Below the pieces are notes generated by a model. It worked only from the letters and a program-made list of their open reading frames with translations, had not been told where the DNA came from and ran no database searches. Source: an uncultured Verrucomicrobiota bacterium (GTDB lineage Bacteria; Verrucomicrobiota; Kiritimatiellia; CAIQIC01; Lenti-01). Taken from it: 64,000 bases of DNA. The translations under genes were made by a program, and so were the position numbers. Numbering within the stretch: position 1 is the stretch's first letter; the number at the start of each line of letters is the position of its first letter. The stretch covers positions 6,295 through 70,294 of the forward strand of contig CALKWZ010000073.1 in assembly GCA_938003985.1 (NCBI GenBank), given 5' to 3'. Below, piece by piece: positions 47,679 through 58,788 of the stretch.

Positions 47679-49249
47679 GGTACCCTTTGCGTTGTCCGCC
47701 GCTTGCGAAGCGCCGCCGCCAGCCACAAAACCGTCGCGACGGCGCAAGCGACGCCGTAGATATCTCCATAACGGGCGTAGAACGTCAAGGACGCCGCGTC
47801 CTCGGGCACCGGGACCGTCGCCCACAGCACGCCCGGCCCGTCCGTCCCGCCCGCGCCGTCGGACAGGAACGCCGCGACGCGCCCCGACGGTTCGATCACG
47901 CAGGTCACGCCCGTGTTGCACGCGCGGACCAGCGGCACGCGGTTTTCCACGGCCCGGAGGATCGCGTTGCGCATGTGCTGGCGCGGCTGCACGCGGGCAT
48001 CGAACCAGGCGTCGTTCGTCACGTTCACCAGCATCCGCGCGCCGGCGCGCACGTCGGCCCGCGCCAAATCCGGCAGGATGTCTTCGAAGCAGACCAGCGG
48101 CGCCAGCGGCACGTCGCCCTTCCCCGCCCGGAAAACGGCGCTCTCCGTGCCGGCGGTGATGGTGGCGGGCCAGCCCCAGGCCACCTGCCAGGCCGCCGGC
48201 ACGAGTCCCGCCAGCGGGATGAACTCCCCGCCGATCACCAGATGCCGCTTGTCGTATTCCCCGGCGATGCGCCCGTCTACGTCGAACAAGAACGCGCTGT
48301 TGAAGTATTCCGGTTCGCCGGATTCCCGCACGGCGGTGTCCAGCGACCCGGTCAGGATCGGCGTGCCGTTGGTGCACAGGCTCCACACCAGGTCGTAGCT
48401 GTTCGAGCTGTTGCGCACGTCGTCCGGCAAGGCCGTTTCCGGCCAAATCACCAGCTCCACCGCCGGATCGGCCTGCGCCTTGCGGGTCAAATCCGCCAGC
48501 CGCTCGTAGATCATGAGGATTTTCGCCCGCACCCATTTTTCGTCCTGCGGAATCGAGGGCTGGACCAGCGCCACGCGGATCGACCGGCCCGACCCCATTT
48601 TCACGATGCGGTCCGCTTCCTCCACCCCGCGGGCCGTCCACGCCCCCCAGCCCAAAGCCAAGGCCACCAGCCCGGCGCCGGCCGCCAGCGCGCGCCAGCC
48701 GCGCCGCTCCGCCAGCGCCCAGGCCAGCAGGGCGTTGGCGAACGCCGCCAGGCCCGTGACCAGCCACACGCCGCCGAATTCCGCGAGTTGGACCGCCGGC
48801 AACCAGGGCGTCAACGCCGCGCCCAGCGTGTTCCACGGAAATCCCCCGAAGATCCAGCCGCGCAGGAATTCGCTACCGGTCCAAATGATCGTCGTCGCCG
48901 CCGCGAACCCGGCCGCGCCTCCGCGCCAGCGATTCGCGGCCAGCGTGGCCGGCAGGAAATAGATCGCACAATAGGCGCACACGGCCAGCCAGCCCAGCAC
49001 CGTCACGTTGGTCAACCAACTCATGCTCAACAGCCAGAACAAGAGACCGGCCGCGAACCCCATTTTCAGCGCGAGGCGGGCCGGCACCTGCCGCGCCATG
49101 ATCCACAGCGGCACCAGCGCCACCCACGCGGCCCAGGTCCATTCCAACGGCGGAAACGCCGCAAAAAACAGCAGGCCGGACGCGGCGGCGCAGGCCGCCG
49201 CCGTCCATTCGGCCGAAGTGGAGCGTTGGATCTTCATCGGGCCGCCCAT
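47672..49249 (-). CDS. lnt: Apolipoprotein N-acyltransferase
   Basis: N-terminal multi-TM region plus C-terminal CN-hydrolase domain (VALVQPSIPQDEKW, LVCFEDILPD). Alternative start at 49237 (MKIQRS). Confidence 0.85.
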   Translation of the reverse strand: MGGPMKIQRSTSAEWTAAACAAASGLLFFAAFPPLEWTWAAWVALVPLWIMARQVPARLALKMGFAAGLLFWLLSMSWLTNVTVLGWLAVCAYCAIYFLPATLAANRWRGGAAGFAAATTIIWTGSEFLRGWIFGGFPWNTLGAALTPWLPAVQLAEFGGVWLVTGLAAFANALLAWALAERRGWRALAAGAGLVALALGWGAWTARGVEEADRIVKMGSGRSIRVALVQPSIPQDEKWVRAKILMIYERLADLTRKAQADPAVELVIWPETALPDDVRNSSNSYDLVWSLCTNGTPILTGSLDTAVRESGEPEYFNSAFLFDVDGRIAGEYDKRHLVIGGEFIPLAGLVPAAWQVAWGWPATITAGTESAVFRAGKGDVPLAPLVCFEDILPDLARADVRAGARMLVNVTNDAWFDARVQPRQHMRNAILRAVENRVPLVRACNTGVTCVIEPSGRVAAFLSDGAGGTDGPGVLWATVPVPEDAASLTFYARYGDIYGVACAVATVLWLAAALRKRRTTQRVPC

Positions 49250-49309
49250 TCTGCCACGTCGCGCCCGCCCCGCAACCTTCGATTTCCCACGGCCGCGCCG
49301 GCGGCGAAC

Positions 49310-51343
49310 TCAAGGATCCGGCACGGGGGCCAAGACGGCCCGATCGAATTGCAGCGCGCCGGAAGCGCTCGCTCCGCTGACGTTCACGACGAACCGCGCC
49401 CAGGAAGAACCCGCCGGCGCGGTCGCCCGGACGGTTTTCTGCGTCCAGATCTCCACCACGTCGCTCAAATCCACGCGGAGGGAATCGAGCAAGGAAAACG
49501 AGCCGTTGTAGAATTCGATTTTCAGTTCCTGGACGGCGGCGGTCCAATTGTTATCGACGTGGTCGGCCCAGAACCAGGCCGAAGCCTGATAGGTCTGGCC
49601 GGGCTGGGCCGCGCCTTCCTGCCACCAGCCCCCGAAATCGTCGCCGGACCAGGAACCGCGGACGGCGGCAGCGACGGCCCCTTGGCGGCAACGCCAGTCC
49701 ACCCGCGCCGCGCTGCCCCAAGCATCGCCATGGACGTCTTCGCCGGTGGACTCCCAATGCCGCGCGCGCGAATCGGACGACCCCGACACTTCGAAGCTCG
49801 CGTTGCCGAGCAAGTTGCTCGGTTCGTTTTCCATTCGGGCCACGGCATAGAACGCCGCGGAATCCGCGGGATCGCCGTCCACGAAAGACGGAGCGTAGTT
49901 CGTCGCTGCGAATTCGCCGCTGACGCTGGTCCAATTCGCTGAATCCAGGGAGTCGGTACGGCGCACCTCGTACCGATCGCCTTGCTGGGCGTTGAACCGG
50001 ATTGAAAACGCCCCCCCCGCGCCCGGCTCCAAACGCACCACCGGTTGGGTCGAACTGAAGCGCAGGGACCCGTCGCCGAGAATGACCATGCCGTACCACC
50101 ACGGCGGCGCGTAGGTCGGATACAGCGCCTGGACGGCGTTGAACCAGGCCACGAATGCCTCGCCGATGGATTGGCCCAGCGCAAGCGGCTCGTAGAAATG
50201 GCGATCTTCCCAGATCCCGCCTGTTTTCGTGCTGCCCCAGGCCACCAAGCCCGAATCGCCGGGGTTGTGCACGACCAAAGCGCCCAAATTGTTGGTTTCC
50301 GTGTAATCGCACCCTGAACAGACGTAGAACGAGTAGAACAAGGCCGGAGGCATCCAGGCCAGGTAGTTGGAGGCATAAAGGTACCTGAATTCATTCCGGT
50401 TGTCTTGGTAGAACCCATGGCCCTGGGAATATCCATGCGAACGGACGAAGATCAGTTCGTAGACATTGGTCAGCTGCTGCCGGTAATCGTTCGCCGTGGT
50501 GTTCTCCGCGTCCTGCACCACCCGGAGATGGTCGGCGCCGTAATTCAACCCGATCGTCTCCGCATCGTCGGCCATCATGTAGGACCAATCGTCGTCGTTG
50601 TAAAGCAGCGCCCGCTTGGCCGGCAGGAGCTGGAACGTCCGATAGCGATGGTTTTTGCCGAAATAGGCGTTCAGCAAGGCGCTTTCCGCACCCGCCAACG
50701 GCAAATCGTCCGCTTTGAGCCGCGACACCCAGATTTCCAGATCGAGGTTGCCGCCGCGCGTATCGTACTTGCCGGCGGCGAAGGGCGGCGTTTGGTTGGT
50801 ATCCGCCCAGGTACCGTCCAAATCCATGTAGAAGAGGTCGCACGGAAAATCCTCGAATTCCAGCCCCCAGCCCCAATCTTGGTACATTTCATAGACGACG
50901 TGAGGCAGATCTCCGATCAGGATCGCGCCGTTCAACGACGCCGGCTCCGCGTAGAGAGCGGCCAAGAGCTGGCGCAGGTCTGCCGCGCTGCCGCCGGAGT
51001 AGGCGTACAAAAGCGGGTCGTATCCATCCGCCTCCAGATCGGCCAGAAAATGGGTCGTTGCGGCGCCGACGCCGGCCAACGCGTTGGAATGGACGATCAC
51101 GCATAGGCGGTTGGTTGCGGCATCGCGCGGCGTCGCCCGTACGCCGGCAACGGGAACAAGTTTCGACAAATCCCGCGGCCCCTTGCCGTCCGCAACGGCG
51201 TGGAGCGACTTCGGCCTTCCCTGCGGTTCCATCCAGCGCGTGACGGCTGGCGCCTGGGCAAACCCGCCGATCGACAGCGCCAGCCAGCCAAGCGCGATAC
51301 CCGGAAAGAGGGCGCGGCGGAAAGTTGGGATGGAGCATTTCAT
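49310..51343 (-). CDS. Hypothetical secreted protein with putative clan CD (C25/caspase-like) cysteine peptidase core
   Basis: Start MKCSIPTFRRALFPGIALGWLALSIGGFAQA at 51343 with GAGGG SD. His-Gly ... Cys dyad candidates at VRSHGYSQGHG and FYVCSGC, about 40 aa apart. Contains a copy of the tail module shared with the giant proteins. Confidence 0.55.
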   Translation of the reverse strand: MKCSIPTFRRALFPGIALGWLALSIGGFAQAPAVTRWMEPQGRPKSLHAVADGKGPRDLSKLVPVAGVRATPRDAATNRLCVIVHSNALAGVGAATTHFLADLEADGYDPLLYAYSGGSAADLRQLLAALYAEPASLNGAILIGDLPHVVYEMYQDWGWGLEFEDFPCDLFYMDLDGTWADTNQTPPFAAGKYDTRGGNLDLEIWVSRLKADDLPLAGAESALLNAYFGKNHRYRTFQLLPAKRALLYNDDDWSYMMADDAETIGLNYGADHLRVVQDAENTTANDYRQQLTNVYELIFVRSHGYSQGHGFYQDNRNEFRYLYASNYLAWMPPALFYSFYVCSGCDYTETNNLGALVVHNPGDSGLVAWGSTKTGGIWEDRHFYEPLALGQSIGEAFVAWFNAVQALYPTYAPPWWYGMVILGDGSLRFSSTQPVVRLEPGAGGAFSIRFNAQQGDRYEVRRTDSLDSANWTSVSGEFAATNYAPSFVDGDPADSAAFYAVARMENEPSNLLGNASFEVSGSSDSRARHWESTGEDVHGDAWGSAARVDWRCRQGAVAAAVRGSWSGDDFGGWWQEGAAQPGQTYQASAWFWADHVDNNWTAAVQELKIEFYNGSFSLLDSLRVDLSDVVEIWTQKTVRATAPAGSSWARFVVNVSGASASGALQFDRAVLAPVPDP

Positions 51344-51506
51344 CGTTCCCTCGGGCTCGTTTTCGCCTGGGGCTTCGCAGCCCAAATCGAAAGGATAGGA
51401 GGGCGGATCGGCAAAACCAAGCCTAATCCGGCCGGCGGGCAGCCGGGACGGAGTTTTCCGAACCTAGACCTATGCGCCCTGCGGCAATCATGCTAGTTTT
51501 CCCGCC

Positions 51507-52064
51507 ATGGCACTTGCGCCTTGCCATTCCATTTTCTGGAGTTTTCTCCGGATCGGTGCCGGCGCTTTCGGCGGCGGCATGGCCGCGTTGCCCGTGTTCG
51601 AGGCGGAATTGGCGACCCGCCGCGGCTGGTTGACGCCGCACGACGTCGCCGAGGCCTACGCCATCTCCCAGTCCGTGCCCGGCGTCATCATCGTCAATTT
51701 CGCGGTCCTGACCGGCCTGCGCCTGGGCGGCAAGCGCGGGGCGCTGCTCGCCGCGCTCGCCGTCGCCCTGCCCGCCTATTTCATCATTTTGGCCCTCGCC
51801 GCCCTGTTCGCCGGCCGCTGGGAAAACCGCTGGGTCGCGGCGGCTCTGGCCGGCCTGCGTCCGGCCGTCGTCGCCGTGGTCGCCGGCGCGGCGATCCGGC
51901 TCGGGCGCGGCCAGTTGCGCTCGCCGCTGCCGTGGCTGGCCGCCGCCGGCGGCGCCGCGCTGATGCTCGCGAAAATCCTGCCGCCCATCCCGTTGATCCT
52001 GCTCGGCGCGGCGGCGGGGCTGATTGGGCATGTCGCGCGCCGGAAGGATGCGGTGTCGCCATGA
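51507..52064 (+). CDS. chrA: Chromate transporter family protein, short-chain (half 1)
   Basis: FLRIGAGAFGGGMAALPVF and other CHR-family signatures. Confidence 0.8.
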   Translation: MALAPCHSIFWSFLRIGAGAFGGGMAALPVFEAELATRRGWLTPHDVAEAYAISQSVPGVIIVNFAVLTGLRLGGKRGALLAALAVALPAYFIILALAALFAGRWENRWVAAALAGLRPAVVAVVAGAAIRLGRGQLRSPLPWLAAAGGAALMLAKILPPIPLILLGAAAGLIGHVARRKDAVSP

Positions 52065-52603
52065 ACGCGCTGCTTCTGCTGTTCTGGACGTTTTTCCGCA
52101 TCAGCCTCTTCAGCATCGGCGGCGGCTACAACATGATTCCCTTGATGCAGCACGAAGTGGCCGCCCGCGGCTGGTTGACTCCCGAGCGGTTTCTCGACGT
52201 GCTGGCGGTATCGGAAATCACGCCGGGACCCATCGCGGTCAACCTGGCGACGTTCGCCGGCTACCAGGTCGCCGGCCTGCCGGGTTCGATCGCCGCGACG
52301 GTGGGCGTGTGCCTGCCCGGTGCGTTGTTGCTGCTGGCGCTGGGGGTCCTGGCCCTGCATCTGCGCGAGCGGCCGGCGTTCCGGGCCGCCATGCGCGGCC
52401 TGATGCCCGCCCTCGTCGGACTGCTCGCCGCCACCGCCATCCGGTTGGCGCTCGCGCTCGTCCCCGCCGGTGCGGCGCAACCCGGATTCCCCGCGCTCGC
52501 GATTTTCGCCGGCGCTTTCGGGCTTGTCCTGTGGAAAAACCCCCACCCGGCTTTCTTGATGCTGGGCGCGGCGACCGCCGGCGTGGCGTTTTCGTTTTTC
52601 TGA
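52061..52603 (+). CDS. chrA: Chromate transporter family protein, short-chain (half 2)
   Basis: FFRISLFSIGGGYNMIPLM. ATGA overlap with half 1. Confidence 0.8.
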   Translation: MNALLLLFWTFFRISLFSIGGGYNMIPLMQHEVAARGWLTPERFLDVLAVSEITPGPIAVNLATFAGYQVAGLPGSIAATVGVCLPGALLLLALGVLALHLRERPAFRAAMRGLMPALVGLLAATAIRLALALVPAGAAQPGFPALAIFAGAFGLVLWKNPHPAFLMLGAATAGVAFSFF

Positions 52604-52622
52604 GCGCGCGGGCTGCCGGGGC

Positions 52623-53980
<1,358 letters not shown>

Positions 53981-53984
<4 letters not shown>

Positions 53985-55327
53985 GTCGGTTCCTTCTCGG
54001 CAAGGGGAAATTCCAGGCGAAAGCACGCGCCGGAGCCGGCGGGCTCGATGGCGGCCAGCGTGCCGCCGTTCTGTTCGACGGCGGTGCGGGCCAGGAACAG
54101 GCCCAGCCCGGTCCCCTGCGGGCGCGTGGTGTAGAACATCTCGAAAATCCGTTCCCGGTCCGCCTTCGGGATGCCCGGGCCGGTATCGCGCACGTCGAGC
54201 CGCGCGCGCTGGCCGTCCCGAACGACCTCCACGGCCACCCGGCCGCCGGTTCCGGCGTGCTGGGTGGCATTGAGCAGGACGTTCAGGACGGCGCGCTTGA
54301 CCGCCGCGGCGGAAACGCGGACGAACACCGGTTCCGCCGGCCGGCGGACGTCGGCACCCACGCCGGAGGCCTCGAAGCGCGGCGCCAGCATCTCGATGCA
54401 CTCCTGCGCGCACGCGCCCAGATCCAACCGTTCAGGCGCGGCGGTCGCCGGCCGCGCCAAGGCCAGGAATTCCTGGAACACCTTCTCCATGCGGTCGAGG
54501 GTGTGCCGCATGCGGCCGGCCAGTTCGGCGATCCGCGCCGACCGTGCTTCCGCGCCGCGGGCGGTTTCTTTTTCCAGCATCTGCGCGTCCAGCCGGAGGC
54601 TGGACATGGGATTGCGGAAATCGTGCACGATGCCGTTGGCCAAGACGCCGGAAAACGCCAGATGTTCCTCCTGGCGGCGGGCCCGCTCGCGCCGTTCCTC
54701 GCGCCGCACCATGCCCGCCACCAGCGCGAGACATACCGCGAAGCAGCCGGCGATGGTCGCCAGGCTCAGGCGATAGAAGGAATCGATCGCGCGGCGCGCG
54801 GGCCATTCTTCCCATTCCACCGCGCCGCGGCGCAGGCCCAGTTCCAGCGCGATGGATTCGGCGCGCGGGTTGGTGACCGCCACCGTGAACGTCACCACCG
54901 GCACCGCGCCGGCGCCCGTCGCCAGCAGTTGCCGGCCGATGGCCACCGGGCCGTCGAAATGCATGTCCTCCGGATCCGCCGCGGCGCCGATCGCATCGGC
55001 GTGTTCCTGGAACAGCGTGACGCCGCTGCGGCGGACGGCCACGTATTCGAGGTCGTTTTCCACCTCCCGCACGGTGCGCAACTGGGCCGAGAAATCCCGC
55101 CAGGCGTCCGCGGCGCCGGCTTCGGCCGCCGCGGCCGCCCGCAATGCGAGGCTCATCGCCAACCACTGGCCGCGTTCACCCACGGCCAGCGCCGCGGCTT
55201 GGTGCACCGCGCGGCCGTGCCAGAGCCGCAGCGCGAAAAGCCCGCCGCCGGCCAGCAGGGCGATCAGCGCGACCCAAGCCGCCGCCTTCCAGGCGTACGA
55301 AAAGCGTCTGTGCGGTTGCGGTTCCAT
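53981..55327 (-). CDS. Sensor histidine kinase
   Basis: Start MEPQPHRR at 55327. Two TM segments, HisKA (GIVHDFRNPMSSL), HATPase (DTGPGIP, GTGLGL). ATGA-coupled to the response regulator. Confidence 0.8.
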
Positions 55328-55410
55328 TGAGCGGCATTCTAGCGCGGGGCGCCCGCCCCGCAAGTTTTTCCAGTTGTTTTCGCCGTTTGCTGCGGTATGT
55401 TGGGAAATCC

Positions 55411-55980
55411 ATGAGCCACGTGCTGCCCATCCGAACCTACGGCGATCCCGTCTTGCGGGAGCCCGCCCGGCCCGTCGCGAAATTGACGCCGGAAATCCAG
55501 ACGTTGATCGACGACCTGTTCGCGACGATGCGCGCGGCGCAGGGCGTGGGCCTGGCCGCCCAGCAGGTCGGGCGCACGGAATCCATTTGCGTCGTCGAAT
55601 TGCCCGAGGCCTACGACCGCGAAGACGAGGAAGGCCCCCGGCTCAATCCGGACGTGCCCCTCGCCCTGGTCCTGATCAATCCCAAGATCGTCGAGGAATC
55701 GGACGAGACCTGTTCCATGGAGGAAGGGTGCCTCAGTTTTCCCGACGTCCGCGGCAACGTCGAGCGCGCCTGGAGCGTCGTGGTGGAGCACCTGGATCGC
55801 GAGGGTCGTCCGCGACAAACGAAACTAAACGGATTTTTCGCCCGGGCGGCGCAGCACGAGATCGACCACTTGGCCGGCGAACTCTTCGTCGATCGCTTCA
55901 GCTACGTCAAGAAACTCGCGGTGAAAACCAAACTCCGGCAGCTCCGGGATGAGACGCTGGAGAAAATGCACGGGGCTTGA
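55411..55980 (+). CDS. def: Peptide deformylase
   Basis: GVGLAAQQVG, EGCLSFP, HEIDHL. Confidence 0.9.
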   Translation: MSHVLPIRTYGDPVLREPARPVAKLTPEIQTLIDDLFATMRAAQGVGLAAQQVGRTESICVVELPEAYDREDEEGPRLNPDVPLALVLINPKIVEESDETCSMEEGCLSFPDVRGNVERAWSVVVEHLDREGRPRQTKLNGFFARAAQHEIDHLAGELFVDRFSYVKKLAVKTKLRQLRDETLEKMHGA

Positions 55981-55993
55981 TTCCGGGCGGCGC

Positions 55994-56511
55994 ATGAATC
56001 CCCGTCTCGATCCGCTTTTCGCCCGCCGCAGCGTCCGCCAGTCCAGCCCCGTCCCGTTCCCGCGAACTTGATCCAGGACGTGCTGGAAGCCGCCATGGCC
56101 GCGCCATCGGCGAACGCCAAAGACCCATGGGAAATCATCGTCGTCCAGGAGCCCGCCACCCTCGCGAAGATGGCGGCCGGCTTGCCGTATGGCCGCATGT
56201 TGGCCGAAGCCGCCGTCGGGTTCGTCGTCTGCGGCGACTTGCGGCGCGCCAACGGCCAACAGCTATCCTATCTGCTGCAAGACGGCTCCGCCTGCATCGA
56301 AAACCTGCTGGTGGCGCTCTCGCTGTTGGGACTGGGCGGAGTTTGGCTCGGGGTGCATCCGCGCGCAGACCGTTTGGAACACGTGCGCCGGTTGTTCCAA
56401 CTCCCGGAAGGCATCGTGCCCGTCGGCGTGGTAGCCGCCGGCTATCCGGCCGAAACGCCGCCGCCCCGCACGCGTTTCGCGTCCGAACGGGTCCACCGCG
56501 AAACCTGGTAG
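55994..56511 (+). pseudogene. Nitroreductase family gene interrupted by a frameshift (N-terminal 25 codons in one frame, body in another)
   Basis: Frame A reads MNPRLDPLFARRSVRQSSPVPFPRT then TGA at 56069-56071. The body LIQDVLEAAMAAPSANAKDPWEIIVV... is in a different frame, starting at the TTG at 56068. Confidence 0.55.
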
Positions 56512-56515
56512 CCGG

Positions 56516-56866
56516 CTAGAACCCCCGCTGGATCGACAGCGTCGCGCGCGGATCTTCGCCCTCCATCGACGTTTCGTAGCCCATCCAGATGCCGGTCTGC
56601 GGCAAGCGGAATTCCACCCCCCGCACGCGCGGATCGGCATCCCACGTCGACAGTTCCGCCAGCGTGGGCCGTTCGATTTTCAGGCGCATGTCGGGCGCCT
56701 GGGCCGGATAGAGCCAAGCCAGGCTCAGGCGCTCCATGCCGGCGCGCAACGCGGGCGTGCTCAGGGTCAACAGCGGCGGCGGCGCGGCCGCCGGTTCGGT
56801 CGCCAGCGCCGCCGCGGCCAGGAACAACGCTCCGCCCCAGGTCCAGATGGCCCGATTGCCGATCAT
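56516..56866 (-). CDS. Hypothetical small secreted protein
   Basis: 116 aa with signal peptide MIGNRAIWTWGGALFLAAAALA. Confidence 0.4.
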   Translation of the reverse strand: MIGNRAIWTWGGALFLAAAALATEPAAAPPPLLTLSTPALRAGMERLSLAWLYPAQAPDMRLKIERPTLAELSTWDADPRVRGVEFRLPQTGIWMGYETSMEGEDPRATLSIQRGF

Positions 56867-56966
56867 GCGGCGATCCTATTCGATCCCTCGCGGCGGCGCC
56901 ACCCCAAACGCATGGCCATCTTCGCGCTTGCCATCGCCCCCCGGATTGGCCCAACATCCGCGCATC

Positions 56967-58034
56967 ATGGCGAGGATTCTCATCACGGGCGGCTGCGGCT
57001 TCATCGGCTCGAATCTGGCCGTGGCGTTCCGGCAGCAGGGCGCTCGCGTCGTGGTCTTCGACAATCTTTCGCGGCGCGGTTCGGAGATCCTGCTCCGGCG
57101 CGTCCAGGAAGCCGGCGCCGAATTCGTCCGCGGCGACATCCGGCATCCGGCCGATCTCGAACAGGTGGCTGGCCCCGTCGATTTGCTGATCGAATGCAGC
57201 GCCGAACCGTCCGTCTTGGTCGGCGTCAACGGCGACGACGCCGAATTCATGGTCCAGAACAATCTGGTGGGCTCGCTGCACTGCTTCGAGTTCGCGCGGA
57301 AGCGCCGGGCGCCGGTGATCTTCCTCTCCACGTCCCGCGTGTATCCCTACGACGCCCTCAACCGGCAGGAATACCGGGAAGAAGCCACCCGGTTCGTGCC
57401 CGCGCGGGAAAGCGCGGGCTTCGGCCCCGCCGGCGTCGGCGTCGATTTTCCCCTCCAGGGCGCGCGGTCGCTGTACGGCGCAACAAAACTGGCCTCGGAA
57501 ATCATGCTGCAGGAATACAGCCACCAATACGATTTGCCGGCGGTCATCGACCGCTGCGGCGTCGTGGCCGGCCCGTGGCAGCTCGGCAAGCAGGACCAAG
57601 GCGTGTTCACGCATTGGCTGGTCAGCCACCGCCTGAACCGCCCGCTGGCCTATATCGGGTTCGGCGGCCAGGGCAAGCAGGTGCGGGATCTCCTGCATAT
57701 CGACGATCTCGTCGAGCTCGTCCTGCTGCAAAGCCGGCGGATCGCGGAATTCCGCGGCGACGTCTTTCCGGCCGGCGGCTCGACGTTCTCCAACCTTTCC
57801 TTGCGGGAAGCCACCGAGCTTTGCCAGGCCATCACCGGCCGGCGCCTGCCGATGACCGCGCAGCCCGAAAACCGTCCGGCCGACGTGGCCTGGTTCATCA
57901 CCGACAACCGGCCCACGACGGCGCGGCTGGGTTGGCGCCCGACCCGCTCGGCAGAAACCATCCTCCGGGATATCCACGCCTGGCTCGAGGCCCACCCCGA
58001 TCTCGAAGCCGCCCTGTTCGGAAAACCCGCATGA
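56967..58034 (+). CDS. NAD-dependent epimerase/dehydratase (SDR family)
   Basis: Start MARILITGGCGFIGSNL. YGATK catalytic motif. Confidence 0.85.
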   Translation: MARILITGGCGFIGSNLAVAFRQQGARVVVFDNLSRRGSEILLRRVQEAGAEFVRGDIRHPADLEQVAGPVDLLIECSAEPSVLVGVNGDDAEFMVQNNLVGSLHCFEFARKRRAPVIFLSTSRVYPYDALNRQEYREEATRFVPARESAGFGPAGVGVDFPLQGARSLYGATKLASEIMLQEYSHQYDLPAVIDRCGVVAGPWQLGKQDQGVFTHWLVSHRLNRPLAYIGFGGQGKQVRDLLHIDDLVELVLLQSRRIAEFRGDVFPAGGSTFSNLSLREATELCQAITGRRLPMTAQPENRPADVAWFITDNRPTTARLGWRPTRSAETILRDIHAWLEAHPDLEAALFGKPA

Positions 58035-58780
58035 CCGCGCCTGCTCCGTTTTTCTCGATCGTCATCCCGGCCCACAACGAAGAAGGCGGCATCGCGGCGA
58101 CCTGCGAAGCCATCGCGGCGCGGTTCGCCCGCGAGGGCATCGCCGACTATGAAATCTGCGTGGTCAACGACAACAGCCGCGACCGCACCGAGGCGATCTT
58201 GCAGGAACTCTCCGCGCGGCTGCCCGCGGTGCGCTACGTGAACAACGCGCCGCCCAACGGATTCGGGTTCGCCATCCGCAAGGGGCTCGAGTCCTTCGCC
58301 GGCGATTGCGCCTGCATCGTCATGGGCGACCTGTCCGATTCGCCCGACGACATCCTCGCCTATTACCGCGAAATGAGGGCCGGCGCCGAGTGCGTGTTCG
58401 GCTCGCGCTTCATCAAGGGCTCCCGGGTGACCGATTATCCGCCCCACAAGCTGTGGCTCAACCGCCTGGCCAACACGTTCATCAAATTGCTGTTCCACCT
58501 GGACTACAACGACGTCACCAACGCCTTCAAGTGCTATCGGCGCGAGGTGATCGCGGGCATCCAGCCGCTGTTGTCGGCGCATTTCAACCTGACGGTGGAA
58601 ATGCCCCTGAAGGCCATCGTCCGGGGCTATTCCTACAAGATCCTGCCCATTTCCTGGACCAACCGCACGACGGGCGAGTCCAAACTCAAGATCAAGGAAA
58701 TGGGCAGCCGCTACCTGTTCATCGTGCTGTACGCCTGGCTGGAACGCACGCTTGCGCGCGGCGACTACCGCCGGCATTGA
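58031..58780 (+). CDS. Glycosyltransferase family 2 (polyprenol-phosphate sugar synthase, ArnC/DPM1-like)
   Basis: MTAPAPFFSIVIPAHNEEGGI...VVNDNSRDRT. ATGA overlap with the epimerase. Confidence 0.85.
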   Translation: MTAPAPFFSIVIPAHNEEGGIAATCEAIAARFAREGIADYEICVVNDNSRDRTEAILQELSARLPAVRYVNNAPPNGFGFAIRKGLESFAGDCACIVMGDLSDSPDDILAYYREMRAGAECVFGSRFIKGSRVTDYPPHKLWLNRLANTFIKLLFHLDYNDVTNAFKCYRREVIAGIQPLLSAHFNLTVEMPLKAIVRGYSYKILPISWTNRTTGESKLKIKEMGSRYLFIVLYAWLERTLARGDYRRH

Positions 58781-58788
58781 GCCCGGGG

